Of a DNA stretch of 35,811 nucleotides, positions 8,827-17,219 are shown piece after piece. Origin of the DNA: Leptolyngbyaceae cyanobacterium (lineage in GTDB: Bacteria; Cyanobacteriota; Cyanobacteriia; CAKZMO01); assembly GCA_035285885.1 (NCBI GenBank), contig JAYKJC010000556.1, positions 1 through 35,811 on the forward strand, written 5' to 3'. Positions within the stretch are counted from its first letter, which is position 1. Each line of letters begins with the position of its first letter. Below the pieces are notes generated by a model, which saw only the letters and a list, made by a program, of their open reading frames with translations, searched no databases and had not been told where the DNA came from. A program made the translations under genes and the position numbers.

Positions 8827-8987
8827 TCTAGTTAATCCATATAAGCAACGGACAAGCGGCAGTTACAGCGAGCTTTACTGCTCTACAACCATGCCCCTTT
8901 TCTTCGTAGCAATTAGAGGAGTTTGCCAAGTCGTGAATTGGATAAAGGTGAGTACTTCTACCATTGCTCATTATTCAAATGGCACGC

Positions 8988-10484
8988 CTATCCAATAGCA
9001 CTCCGTTGTGAATCCATGATCGGGGTTGAACCAGTCGGTAAACTAATAATGAACTCAGCTCCCTTATCGGATTGAGAAGTGGTGCTAAGCGTTCCACCAT
9101 GGGTTTCAGTAATAATTTGGTAGCTAATCGCAAGCCCGAGCCCCGTTCCTTTGCCCACTTCCTTCGTTGTAAAGTACTGGTCAAAAATCTTTTGCTGAAT
9201 ATTGGGTGGAATACCTGGCCCGTTATCAGCAATGCTGATCTGCACTTGGCTGTTATCGTCACTCAGCCGTGTAGTAATCGTAATTTGATTGGGTGAAAGT
9301 TTGATATTCTCAAAGCTCCGCCCTTGATTAGATTGCTCCAATGCATCGATCGCATTGGAAAGCAAGTTCATAAAGACTTGATTGAGTTGACCCGCAAAAC
9401 ATTCAACATTGGGTATATCGCCATATTGTTTGCACACTTGAATTGCTGGCCGACGGTCGCTGGCTTTCAGCCGGTGTTGAAGAATGAGCAAAGTGCTCTC
9501 TATTCCTTCATGGATATCAAACTTAACAGGTACTGTGCTGTCAAATCGAGAGAAGGTGCGTAAGCTCATGGTGATATCACGAATGCGTTTTGTGCCCTCC
9601 TTCATCGAAGCCAGCATTTTCGGGAGATCGTCTCGAATGAAGTCGAACTCGACATTTTCGAGTTCTTCCTCAATTTTCTGTCCTGGATTAGGAAAGGTGT
9701 GCTGGTAGAGATCGATAATGGCTAGAAGATCTTGAACATACCCTTCTGCTGGTTTGAGATTGCCAAATAGAAAACCGACTGGATTGTTGATTTCGTGGGC
9801 AACACCTGCGACTAAATTACCCAAAGCCGACATTTTCTCACTCTGAACCAAGTGCAATTGAGATTGTTGGAGTTCAGATAGGGCTGCATTAAGTTCAATT
9901 GCTTGCCGTTTTAACTTTTGGTTGAGTTCCTGTAAGCCAATTTCAGCTTGTCTGCGGCGGGTAATGTCCTGGTATGTTCCTAAGATGCCAATGACATTAC
10001 CTTCGGTGTCATGTAAGGGAGCTTTGTTTGTCTCTAGCCACGTTTGTTCACCATTGCTGTGCAACTGGGGTTCAACAATGCCAAATTCGGGCTTGTCCGC
10101 GTCCATGACTCGCTTGTCACATTTACGATAGAAATCTGCTTCTTCCTTCTTCCAGGGCATGTCATAGTCATTTTTGCCAATGATTTCGGAAGGAGAAGCA
10201 AGTCCGGCATCTTCAGCAAAGTTGCGATTACAGCCGAGATAAGCCAAATTACGATCCTTCCAAAAAATGGCTTCTGGTAGGGTGTCCATGACCAGCTGAA
10301 GTAGTTGTTGTGAATGCCGGAGGTCGTTTTCAACCTGTTGACGCCGCTCCAATTCTTGCTGATGAGCTGTTCTCAACGATTTCAACTCTTGCTGACAGTT
10401 CAAAAGAGCGCTTTGTAGATGGTCTTGAGCTATCTCGGGTGATCGATTCTCATCATTCAGGTGGTTCATGCGTGGGTGCTCCAA
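8988..10484 (-). CDS. Cytoplasmic PAS-domain sensor histidine kinase
   Basis: N-terminal coiled coil, a PAS region, H-box AHEINNPVGF, N-box NLLSNAIDA, G1 DNGPGI and G2 GTGLGLAIS. I saw no hydrophobic transmembrane segment. Confidence 0.85.
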   Translation of the reverse strand: MEHPRMNHLNDENRSPEIAQDHLQSALLNCQQELKSLRTAHQQELERRQQVENDLRHSQQLLQLVMDTLPEAIFWKDRNLAYLGCNRNFAEDAGLASPSEIIGKNDYDMPWKKEEADFYRKCDKRVMDADKPEFGIVEPQLHSNGEQTWLETNKAPLHDTEGNVIGILGTYQDITRRRQAEIGLQELNQKLKRQAIELNAALSELQQSQLHLVQSEKMSALGNLVAGVAHEINNPVGFLFGNLKPAEGYVQDLLAIIDLYQHTFPNPGQKIEEELENVEFDFIRDDLPKMLASMKEGTKRIRDITMSLRTFSRFDSTVPVKFDIHEGIESTLLILQHRLKASDRRPAIQVCKQYGDIPNVECFAGQLNQVFMNLLSNAIDALEQSNQGRSFENIKLSPNQITITTRLSDDNSQVQISIADNGPGIPPNIQQKIFDQYFTTKEVGKGTGLGLAISYQIITETHGGTLSTTSQSDKGAEFIISLPTGSTPIMDSQRSAIG

Positions 10485-10573
10485 GCGTCACCTGATCAGG
10501 TTACCCAAGAAGAAACCTAGAGTTGCAGAACCGTGATTGGAAATTTGCTCGAAACTACAGCTTATGTGCGTTG

Positions 10574-10633
10574 GTTAAGGACAGATGTGTGTGGCGCGCT
10601 GTGCCCCACACATCTGTTTTTGTGCTTAATGCG
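10574..10633. repeat. Hairpin repeat, family C copy 2
   Basis: GTTAAGG-ACAGATGTGTG..CACACATCTGT-TTTT-GTGCTTAATGCG. It is the same 60-nt architecture as 29011-29070 in the opposite orientation. It lies about 100 nt downstream of the stop of gene 10731-12092. Confidence 0.7.
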
Positions 10634-10730
10634 GCTGCAAATCGCTATAAGCTGCATGAGACCTACTCATGTATGGGAGATACTCCAGAAAAGGTAAGGG
10701 ACTTGCTAACTCTTAGATTTTGTTTGGCGG

Positions 10731-12092
10731 TTAGAGTCGTTTTTCTAAGCGTTCTCGCCAATCTTGATCAATCGCTTCAGCACTCAACAACTCTTGAGTC
10801 ATCAAATCCATTTCTGTGGTGTAGGCCAGGTCTTCGGCAGATACGATGGTTTCTGCTGAGAATCGGCGGGCATAGGCCAGCTTTTCTTGAATGTCGGTAG
10901 ATGGCTGATCGAGCTGATTGGCCCACTCAAAGCGGTGATGATTGCGCTGCTCAATTTTGTGGTTGGTGCGACGGAGCCAGAGATGGCGGAGGAGGGGAAT
11001 GAGTAAGAAGGCGATCGCATAGCCCAAAAACACCCAAAACCCCGCTTCGACAGCCCCCACAATCAGTTGACCTGCTTCACTCAGTCGAGCAAATGACTCG
11101 TAACTAAACAACGACTCAAATGCAATCACAACCGCTAAATTCACGATGCCCAGCCCAATCGCCCAGGTTCGCTGCGTCGGACTGGCCACACTAAACGGCC
11201 ACAAACTTTCTTTGAGGTAATCGGGTACGGGCTGGCTTCCATTCTGTTCGGCCATCACTTGCAGAGCCGGAAAATGATAGATGAGTCCTCCCGAAGGGCT
11301 CACCTGTGGACTTCCCTTAAACCGCTGAAGCACAGGCAGCATGTAATCTTCCAGGTCTACAGAATCGCTGCGCTGATCTACAGGAGGTAAATCGAGGTAA
11401 GGCGCAATTTGTTCGGCGGTGACGGCTCCCCCGTGGTTGCGGATGACGCCTGCAATCATGCGCCAGCGGCGATCGCCCAGATCCTCATTGGGGTTTCCAT
11501 CTCCAAAGATGAATGAAAACACCGCCTCCAGGAAATTCAGCTTAGGCTGAGAGCCTGAGGTGCGAGGAGACCGACCCACGGGCGATCGCCGTTGAGGTGA
11601 CCATTCACGCCTTCTCCGCCCATAGTAATCCAGCACAAAGATGTCATGGAGCGAGAAGGGAAAGACGTGAATGGCAGGAAAACCTCCGGAGCCGTAGGAG
11701 TCCCTACCCCGCGAGTTTCCTTCTTGTTGACCTTGCGCAGCTTTCCAGAGAAGGAAAACGGCGATCGCCACGACAACAATCGAGGCAATCAGCACAACAC
11801 CAAACGCAATTCGGATTAAGTAAAATAATCCACTCCAGATTCGCTGCCCCAGTTCTTGTAATCGCAGTTTCAGGGAGTTATTTCTTAGAATTGCGCGAAC
11901 ATTCTTCGGAAACCGATAAACAATATCTCCTGACTCAGCCACCTGAAGATGTCCGTTTGCCTCAGAGGCGAGTGCCAACAGTTCTTGCTCTGCCAGTCGA
12001 ATGTCCAGTCCGGCTTGGGTTGCAACATCGCCAACAGTCACTCGATACCCCAGTGTCTCGACTGCCTTGAGCAGCCTTGAATCTGGAACCAT
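10731..12092 (-). CDS. Conserved hypothetical multi-pass membrane protein
   Basis: 453-aa ORF with a soluble N-terminal domain followed by hydrophobic segments (LFYLIRIAFGVVLIASIVVVAIAVFLLW, WAIGLGIVNLAVVIAF, GFWVFLGYAIAFLLIPLL). I recognised no catalytic motif. Confidence 0.6.
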   Translation of the reverse strand: MVPDSRLLKAVETLGYRVTVGDVATQAGLDIRLAEQELLALASEANGHLQVAESGDIVYRFPKNVRAILRNNSLKLRLQELGQRIWSGLFYLIRIAFGVVLIASIVVVAIAVFLLWKAAQGQQEGNSRGRDSYGSGGFPAIHVFPFSLHDIFVLDYYGRRRREWSPQRRSPVGRSPRTSGSQPKLNFLEAVFSFIFGDGNPNEDLGDRRWRMIAGVIRNHGGAVTAEQIAPYLDLPPVDQRSDSVDLEDYMLPVLQRFKGSPQVSPSGGLIYHFPALQVMAEQNGSQPVPDYLKESLWPFSVASPTQRTWAIGLGIVNLAVVIAFESLFSYESFARLSEAGQLIVGAVEAGFWVFLGYAIAFLLIPLLRHLWLRRTNHKIEQRNHHRFEWANQLDQPSTDIQEKLAYARRFSAETIVSAEDLAYTTEMDLMTQELLSAEAIDQDWRERLEKRL

Positions 12093-12223
12093 ACTTACAC
12101 CCTTAGTTCACACAACGTTTCGTTCTCTCCCCTTCAGTATAGAAAGCAGAGTGCATCATCGTGTTGTGCTTGGTCTGAGCCTTTGCCTAGCAGAAAGATG
12201 TTTCCTGGATGGGCGATCGCCCT

Positions 12224-12625
12224 TCACTCCAACCTTGTCCACTCCATGCTCTCAATGATGGCCTGGACGACCCGCCGATATTCCTCACGGTCTTCGCCTT
12301 TCACAAGCACCACAACATCAACCATCACCGAAGGCTGGTTGGCATTGCCCTCATCGAGCTGAAACACATAGTGCTCAAGCCGATCATCACCGATGAGGCT
12401 CTCATCCTCATATGCTTGAGCGTCAAATCCAGCAATCGTCGTCTGCTGGATCTGGTCTGTCGGAATGTCTTCTGCCTCAATGTAGGTATCGACGGTTTCT
12501 CCCGACACCAGACTAAATCCAATTAAGAATCCATCGGTGATTTCTGTCTCTGGAGCCGCATCAGGCCCAATGTACTTTACGTTGAGAACAGTTTCTAGGA
12601 CTTCGGTGATCGCTTCTTCTGGCAA
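12224..12625 (-). CDS. Hypothetical protein, probable C-terminal body of a split lipoprotein gene
   Basis: 133-aa ORF from TTG. Its reading frame stays open about 135 nt upstream of that TTG (to 12760) without an ATG. See the frameshift finding. Confidence 0.5.
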   Translation of the reverse strand: MPEEAITEVLETVLNVKYIGPDAAPETEITDGFLIGFSLVSGETVDTYIEAEDIPTDQIQQTTIAGFDAQAYEDESLIGDDRLEHYVFQLDEGNANQPSVMVDVVVLVKGEDREEYRRVVQAIIESMEWTRLE

Positions 12626-12626
12626 T

Positions 12627-12839
12627 TCAAGCGTCAGCGACCAGCCTCCTGTTATGGCTGGTATACGTTCTTGATAGGGATAGCTCGCTTTCGACGGGCG
12701 GCTGCTCGGGGGCTTCGGGGGGTTGGGTGGGTTCTTGGTTGGGCGTGCAGGAGGCGATCGTCACCATCGTCAGTAGCGGTGCCAGTAGAGAAATCCCCGT
12801 GGCTAGAAGCTTGCGCGTGAAGACAGGCATAACGTGCAA
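12627..12839 (-). CDS. Lipoprotein signal peptide plus Pro/Glu/Gln linker, probable N-terminal fragment of the same gene
   Basis: MPVFTRKLLATGISLLAPLLTMVTIASC carries a lipobox-like IASC followed by a PNQEPTQPPEAPEQPP linker. Its stop is 1 nt from the TTG of the downstream ORF, in a different frame. Confidence 0.45.
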   Translation of the reverse strand: MHVMPVFTRKLLATGISLLAPLLTMVTIASCTPNQEPTQPPEAPEQPPVESELSLSRTYTSHNRRLVADA

Positions 12840-12848
12840 TCCAAAGTT

Positions 12849-13060
12849 AGGACTTACGCATTTTTATGGGTGGTAGCGGGCTGCACACCCACAAAAATGC
12901 ACTAGATACAGCAATTCTCATTATGGAAATTCAATGGGCAAAACGGTCGCCGCAAGCGACCGTTTTGCCCATTGAATCTATACAAGTGAGCGCCGATAGG
13001 GCGCGAAGTCTTTCAAAATGAGAATTGCTGCACTAGATAGGGAGGACTTGCGTCAGTCCT
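12849..13060. mobile_element. MITE-like element A (copy 1), interrupted by nested element B
   Basis: Termini are AGGACTTACGCA (12849-12860) and TGCGTCAGTCCT (13049-13060), which are near-perfect inverted repeats. There is an internal hairpin CATTTTTATGGGTG..CACCCACAAAAATG. A second uninterrupted copy lies at 27144-27235 in the opposite orientation. Confidence 0.65.
12909..13030. mobile_element. MITE-like element B (copy 1), 122 bp
   Basis: Perfect 14-bp terminal inverted repeats CAGCAATTCTCATT / AATGAGAATTGCTG. It is flanked by the 9-bp direct duplication CACTAGATA (12900-12908 and 13031-13039). It has a 22-bp internal hairpin at 12929-12977. A second 122-bp copy lies at 26739-26860. Confidence 0.7.
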
Positions 13061-13264
13061 GAAAGTAATGTCTGAAAGTAATGATTGTTTGACGATTGGA
13101 TAATTAATTGGATAATCATCGTAAAAAAATATGGATGGTTAGAACATCTACCCAAGGTAGTTCCAGGCTATTGTTCTTTTCACTTGCAAAGAATATTGCA
13201 TGTGCAAGGAATCGAGCCACCACTTTGCATCCAGTCCCTTTCGCCGCACCCGTGCGAGATTCTT

Positions 13265-13855
13265 GTGCATCAATCCTATTCCTCGTCTGAACCTGTTACC
13301 ATCATCATTTCTGAAGTCGTCGCCCCCGATCGCTTAGACGAGTATGAAGCCTGGACGCAAGGCATTAACCAGGCGGCTCAACGCTGGGAAGGGTTTATGG
13401 CCGTTGAGGTGTTGCGCCCTAGAGACAACGCCTATGCTGAATATGTGGTGATTATTAGATTTGACTCCTATGAGCACCTGCGGGCGTGGGTTACCTCTGA
13501 GGAATATTTCCATTGGATTGAACAATCCAGAGGACTTATTGAACATCGGTCTGTACATCATATGGCCCATGGGCTAGAGGTTTGGTTTGCGGTTCCTCGC
13601 AACGAGTCAACCCGCTCCTATGAGCAACCGCCTTACTACAAGAAGGTGATTTTAGGCGTTCTCGCCGTTTATCCGCTCATCTTGTTGTCCAATGCTCTGT
13701 TGGGCACCGTGCTAGAGCCGCTACCGCCGAAGCTTGGTTTATTGATATCCGTTTTGTTTGTGTCGTCGTTGCTGACCTATCCGGTGATGCCCATGCTGAC
13801 TCACCTTCTAGATTTTTGGCTATACCCATCGTCCCCTGATACCAAACCCACATGA
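13265..13855 (+). CDS. ABM (antibiotic biosynthesis monooxygenase-like) domain protein with C-terminal membrane segments
   Basis: ABM-like core VTIIISEVVAPDRLDEYEAWTQGINQAAQRWEGFMAVEVLRP...YVVIIRFDSYEHLRAWVTSEEY, followed by two hydrophobic helices. The start is uncertain: the track ORF begins at TTG 13085, and GTG 13265 is my guess. Confidence 0.55.
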   Translation: MHQSYSSSEPVTIIISEVVAPDRLDEYEAWTQGINQAAQRWEGFMAVEVLRPRDNAYAEYVVIIRFDSYEHLRAWVTSEEYFHWIEQSRGLIEHRSVHHMAHGLEVWFAVPRNESTRSYEQPPYYKKVILGVLAVYPLILLSNALLGTVLEPLPPKLGLLISVLFVSSLLTYPVMPMLTHLLDFWLYPSSPDTKPT

Positions 13856-13866
13856 CGCGGTCTTTA

Positions 13867-15456
13867 TCACTCTAGAGGCGAAGAGAAAGGTGATTTTGGG
13901 GTGGATGGCTGAACGATTGACGAGGAAGGTGGAGCCGTATCTCCATTGGGAGCCGTATCTCCATTGACTGAGTAGGATTCATTGCTTGAGGGCATAGAAG
14001 GTCGGGCGATCGCCCCAGACGTCCCATCAAAAGACAGCAAGGGCGCACTGATAGGCTCCCTGCGATGATGGTCGTGATGGTCGTCTGATATAGAAGCATC
14101 CACCTGTCGCACCTGAATGTGGTGAAGCCGAGTATCTTCAATCGAAATGACCGTCATCTCCAGGTTGTCGAAAATCAGCACATCTCCAGGATCGGGAATT
14201 TTTTGAAGCTGATTGATAATAAAACCGCCCAGCGTTTGGTAGTCTTCAGACAGCGGAATATTGCAATTCAGTTGTTCATTGACCTCTTCGATGTCAACTT
14301 GAGCCTGAACGATGGTGGTCTGGTCATCTAGCGTCTGCAAAAAGAGCATCTCGTCTTCGTTGTGCTCGTAGGGTTCTCCGATAATCTCAGCGGCAATATC
14401 TTGCAAGACTACCAGTCCCGCTGTGCCCCCAAATTCATCCAGCACAATCACAAGGGGTTGAGCCGACCGCTGCATGAGATGCAAAAGCTCACTCAGCAAC
14501 ACATGCTCACTGACAAATTTTGCAGGGCTCAGCCAGGGCGAAATCGGGCTATCTAAGTCGAGTTCTCCTTTTTCTAACGGGGTCGCAAGGGATTTAAAGC
14601 TAATTAGCCCCCGAATATCGTCTAGAGAATCGCCCGTGACAGGATAGCGAGAATGGCCCGAATTCCCCATTTCTTGAAGGAGTTGCCGCACGGTCGCCTC
14701 CGTGGACAACGCCACAATGCTCGTACGCGGCACCATGACTTCTCCTGCCGTCACATCTCCAAATTCAAACACATTGGTGAGCAGCTCGCGTTCATCGGCT
14801 TCCAACCCTGGTGATTCGGTGGAGGTGCTGATGATAAGCTGGAGTTCCTCTGGTGTGAGCTGGTCATAGGCGGCATTCCGCTGGTATTCCAGCCGCCCAA
14901 GTCGAAGTAGAAGCCGAGTAGACTGATTGAGCACCCAGATAAACGGATTAAAGAACCGGGCGATCGCCAAACTAGGCGTTCCTAGCCAGCGTGCCAGTTG
15001 CTCGGCATAGCTCAGCGCAACCGATTTCGGACACAACTCTCCCAGCACAATCTGGAGATAGGCAATGAGGAAAAAGGCAATGGGCACGGCGATCGTATGA
15101 GCCATCGTCGTGCTCACCACCGGAGAAAGCGGCAAACTCATCAACCATCGAGCCACCGGAACTGCAATCGTTGCTTCCCCAATCCACCCCAGAGCCAAAC
15201 TCGACAGGGTGATTCCAAGCTGAGTCGTCGATAGGAGCCGATCAATACCCCGCTGAAGCTGCTGAACGACCTTGGCCTGTGCGTCACCCTCAGAAGCAAG
15301 CTGATTAATGCGCGATCGCCTTACCGAAACAATGGAAAATTCGGCTGCTACAAAAAACGCGTTGATGGCTATCAACAAGGCTACTGATGATAGTCGCAAA
15401 AAGACATCCGATGATGTGAGTAGTGACATCAGTAGGTTAAATAGCTGAACGAGCAA
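13867..15456 (-). CDS. CNNM/HlyC-CorC family transporter-associated protein (DUF21-CBS-CorC_HlyC)
   Basis: N-terminal DUF21 membrane domain (AINAFFVAAEFSIVSVRRSRI), a CBS-pair region and a CorC_HlyC-like domain. The tail is low-complexity and His/Ser/Pro-rich, with a duplicated NGDTAP. Confidence 0.85.
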   Translation of the reverse strand: MLVQLFNLLMSLLTSSDVFLRLSSVALLIAINAFFVAAEFSIVSVRRSRINQLASEGDAQAKVVQQLQRGIDRLLSTTQLGITLSSLALGWIGEATIAVPVARWLMSLPLSPVVSTTMAHTIAVPIAFFLIAYLQIVLGELCPKSVALSYAEQLARWLGTPSLAIARFFNPFIWVLNQSTRLLLRLGRLEYQRNAAYDQLTPEELQLIISTSTESPGLEADERELLTNVFEFGDVTAGEVMVPRTSIVALSTEATVRQLLQEMGNSGHSRYPVTGDSLDDIRGLISFKSLATPLEKGELDLDSPISPWLSPAKFVSEHVLLSELLHLMQRSAQPLVIVLDEFGGTAGLVVLQDIAAEIIGEPYEHNEDEMLFLQTLDDQTTIVQAQVDIEEVNEQLNCNIPLSEDYQTLGGFIINQLQKIPDPGDVLIFDNLEMTVISIEDTRLHHIQVRQVDASISDDHHDHHRREPISAPLLSFDGTSGAIARPSMPSSNESYSVNGDTAPNGDTAPPSSSIVQPSTPKSPFSSPLE

Positions 15457-15500
15457 CGAAACCCTGATCGATGACCATACATGAGAGACAGAGCCATTTA

Positions 15501-15615
15501 GAACTGAATTTTAAAGAGAGCTGAACTTAGAAAGAGCCGAACTCATAAAGAGCTAAAGTCAGAACAATCTGAAGTCAGGAAAAGCTGAAGTTAGAAAAAG
15601 CCGGAGCCAAGAACT
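15501..15615. repeat. Degenerate tandem array, about 7 units of 15-18 nt (consensus GCTGAAsTyAGAAAAA)
   Basis: Units start near 15501, 15518, 15536, 15552, 15569, 15584 and 15600. The array lies 45-160 nt upstream of the CNNM gene start on the minus strand. Confidence 0.6.
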
Positions 15616-15882
15616 GGAGACGTATCTATCAAATTACTCTATCAAAGCAGAAGTAGGGCGAGTTCCCTACCCGTTACGGGCTCATAACCTGAGCAGCAAA
15701 ATGCCTGAACTGCATTATAAGATCCCAGGTGCTATCCATGAATAGCACCCCCCATAAACAAAAAGATGCAGCCTAGGGCACGAATGGGGATGCTGCGGTC
15801 ATCCAAGATATGTAAGCGCTCAACCCTTGATACTCCTTCACAAGTCTTCAAAGTTGATGCGACACACCCGGCTGACAGCACA

Positions 15883-16614
15883 TTAATTAGCAGGACGAAT
15901 CGGAATGTCATTAATTTGCAGCTCAACCTGCTGATTGGGATAGTCCGTCAAGCGAAACGAGAGCGTATCCGATCGGCCAATCAAAACACTCGGAACCGTG
16001 ACGACCCCCTGGAAAATCTCACCCGTGGGCGGAATTTCTTGCGGCAATCCATCGGTGCTGACGCTCAGGGGCTGTCCGTTATCGTCCAACACATCCATCA
16101 GGCTGTAGAGAAATTCCACGGGGCGATCGCCCGTATTCTGTAAACTTACGTTAACTTGAACCGTATTGCTTTGCTGCTGAACAGAGTTAACCACCATCAA
16201 GACCTGGTTATTCTGAGTTGAAAGGGGAAATTGTTGTTGATATGTGACGAGTGAGGCGTCTGAAGCCGCATCAGCAGCTGACGTGTCAGAGACGGGCTGA
16301 GCTTCTTCATCCGCCTGATCTCCAGCGTCAGATTGATCTCCTGGTACAGCGGTTGCGTCCGACGATTCGCTCATGCGGGCAATAACTTTGGCAAGAATCT
16401 CTTCCTCTGATTTAAACTCGGCCTGACCATCAGCACCACTCGGTTGAACCTCTGCCCGCTGAACGGTTTCGCTTGTCCGTCGGATGTCAGGTTGTGTGAC
16501 GCCGCTTAGCGCCTGACGCCCAAGAGAGTAACCCCAAAACGCGCTCATGGACGTGGCTCCCACCATGACCAAAAACACCATCATTAATAAACCAACCGCC
16601 GGATCAAGTTTCAT
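15883..16614 (-). CDS. Hypothetical N-terminally membrane-anchored protein
   Basis: 243-aa ORF with one N-terminal hydrophobic helix (VGLLMMVFLVMVGATSMSAFWGY), an acidic Ser/Asp/Ala-rich linker and a beta-rich C-terminal domain. I recognised no family. Confidence 0.6.
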   Translation of the reverse strand: MKLDPAVGLLMMVFLVMVGATSMSAFWGYSLGRQALSGVTQPDIRRTSETVQRAEVQPSGADGQAEFKSEEEILAKVIARMSESSDATAVPGDQSDAGDQADEEAQPVSDTSAADAASDASLVTYQQQFPLSTQNNQVLMVVNSVQQQSNTVQVNVSLQNTGDRPVEFLYSLMDVLDDNGQPLSVSTDGLPQEIPPTGEIFQGVVTVPSVLIGRSDTLSFRLTDYPNQQVELQINDIPIRPAN

Positions 16615-16964
16615 CGTTCACATGTAATCGTTCAGCGTCAACCCTATTGAAGTTCAGAACTACCATCATTAGAACTTTTGTCAGTCAACCAGGCCATTCA
16701 TTCTTGAGTGCCTGTCCGAAAACTCACCAGAGTTTTTGGAGCTAGTCTCAACGGAGATTTTCGAAAGCGATAGTTAGAACTTCCATCCATTGCAGAAGCT
16801 TAGCACTCGTTTTTCAAATCGACTACGATCGCCCTACACAAATGTATTATTCTGGCTGAAACCTGACGTTCCAGGATAAAATGTTGGCCTACTGTTTATG
16901 GTTGTTCTGCTGTTTCAATAGCCGTAAAACAGCATCAAAACAGCGTCAGACCACAGTTACATTG

Positions 16965-17037
16965 CCAGGGTTGGCCGAGCGGTTGAGGCAGCGAACTCAT
17001 AATTCGCCCTAGGCAGGTTCGACTCCTGCACCCTGGA
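16965..17037 (+). tRNA. tRNA with anticodon CAU (Met by anticodon; features suggest a lysidine-type tRNA-Ile2)
   Basis: Hand-folded cloverleaf: acceptor CCAGGGT/ACCCTGG; D arm GCC-GAGCGGTTGA-GGC; anticodon arm GCGAA-CTCATAA-TTCGC; variable loop CCTAG; T arm GCAGG-TTCGACT-CCTGC; discriminator A. No CCA is encoded. Confidence 0.85.
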
Positions 17038-17219
17038 TTAAGGCAGATTGTAGCTACACGGCTGGACTTCTGTGAAAATAAAACCCCAACAATGCGAGGA
17101 CGAGGTGCGACGGATTTAGCCCGCTTCTCTATGCTACTGGTAGGGGCAAGGCATTGCCTTGCCCCTGCATACAGGGCGATTTATCCAATTTAGGGAGGGG
17201 CAAGAAAATAAAATTCTAG

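Noticed and set aside
10523-10900. 125-aa plus-strand ORF
   Set aside because: It starts in intergenic DNA, reads through the family C repeat and runs antisense into gene 10731-12092.
17038-17219. Genomic-island integration at the tRNA 3' end
   Set aside because: No direct repeat of the tRNA 3' half lies downstream and no integrase is present. The only notable element is a hairpin AGGGGCAAGGC-ATT-GCCTTGCCCCT (17143-17167), which may be a shared terminator but lacks a U-tract.
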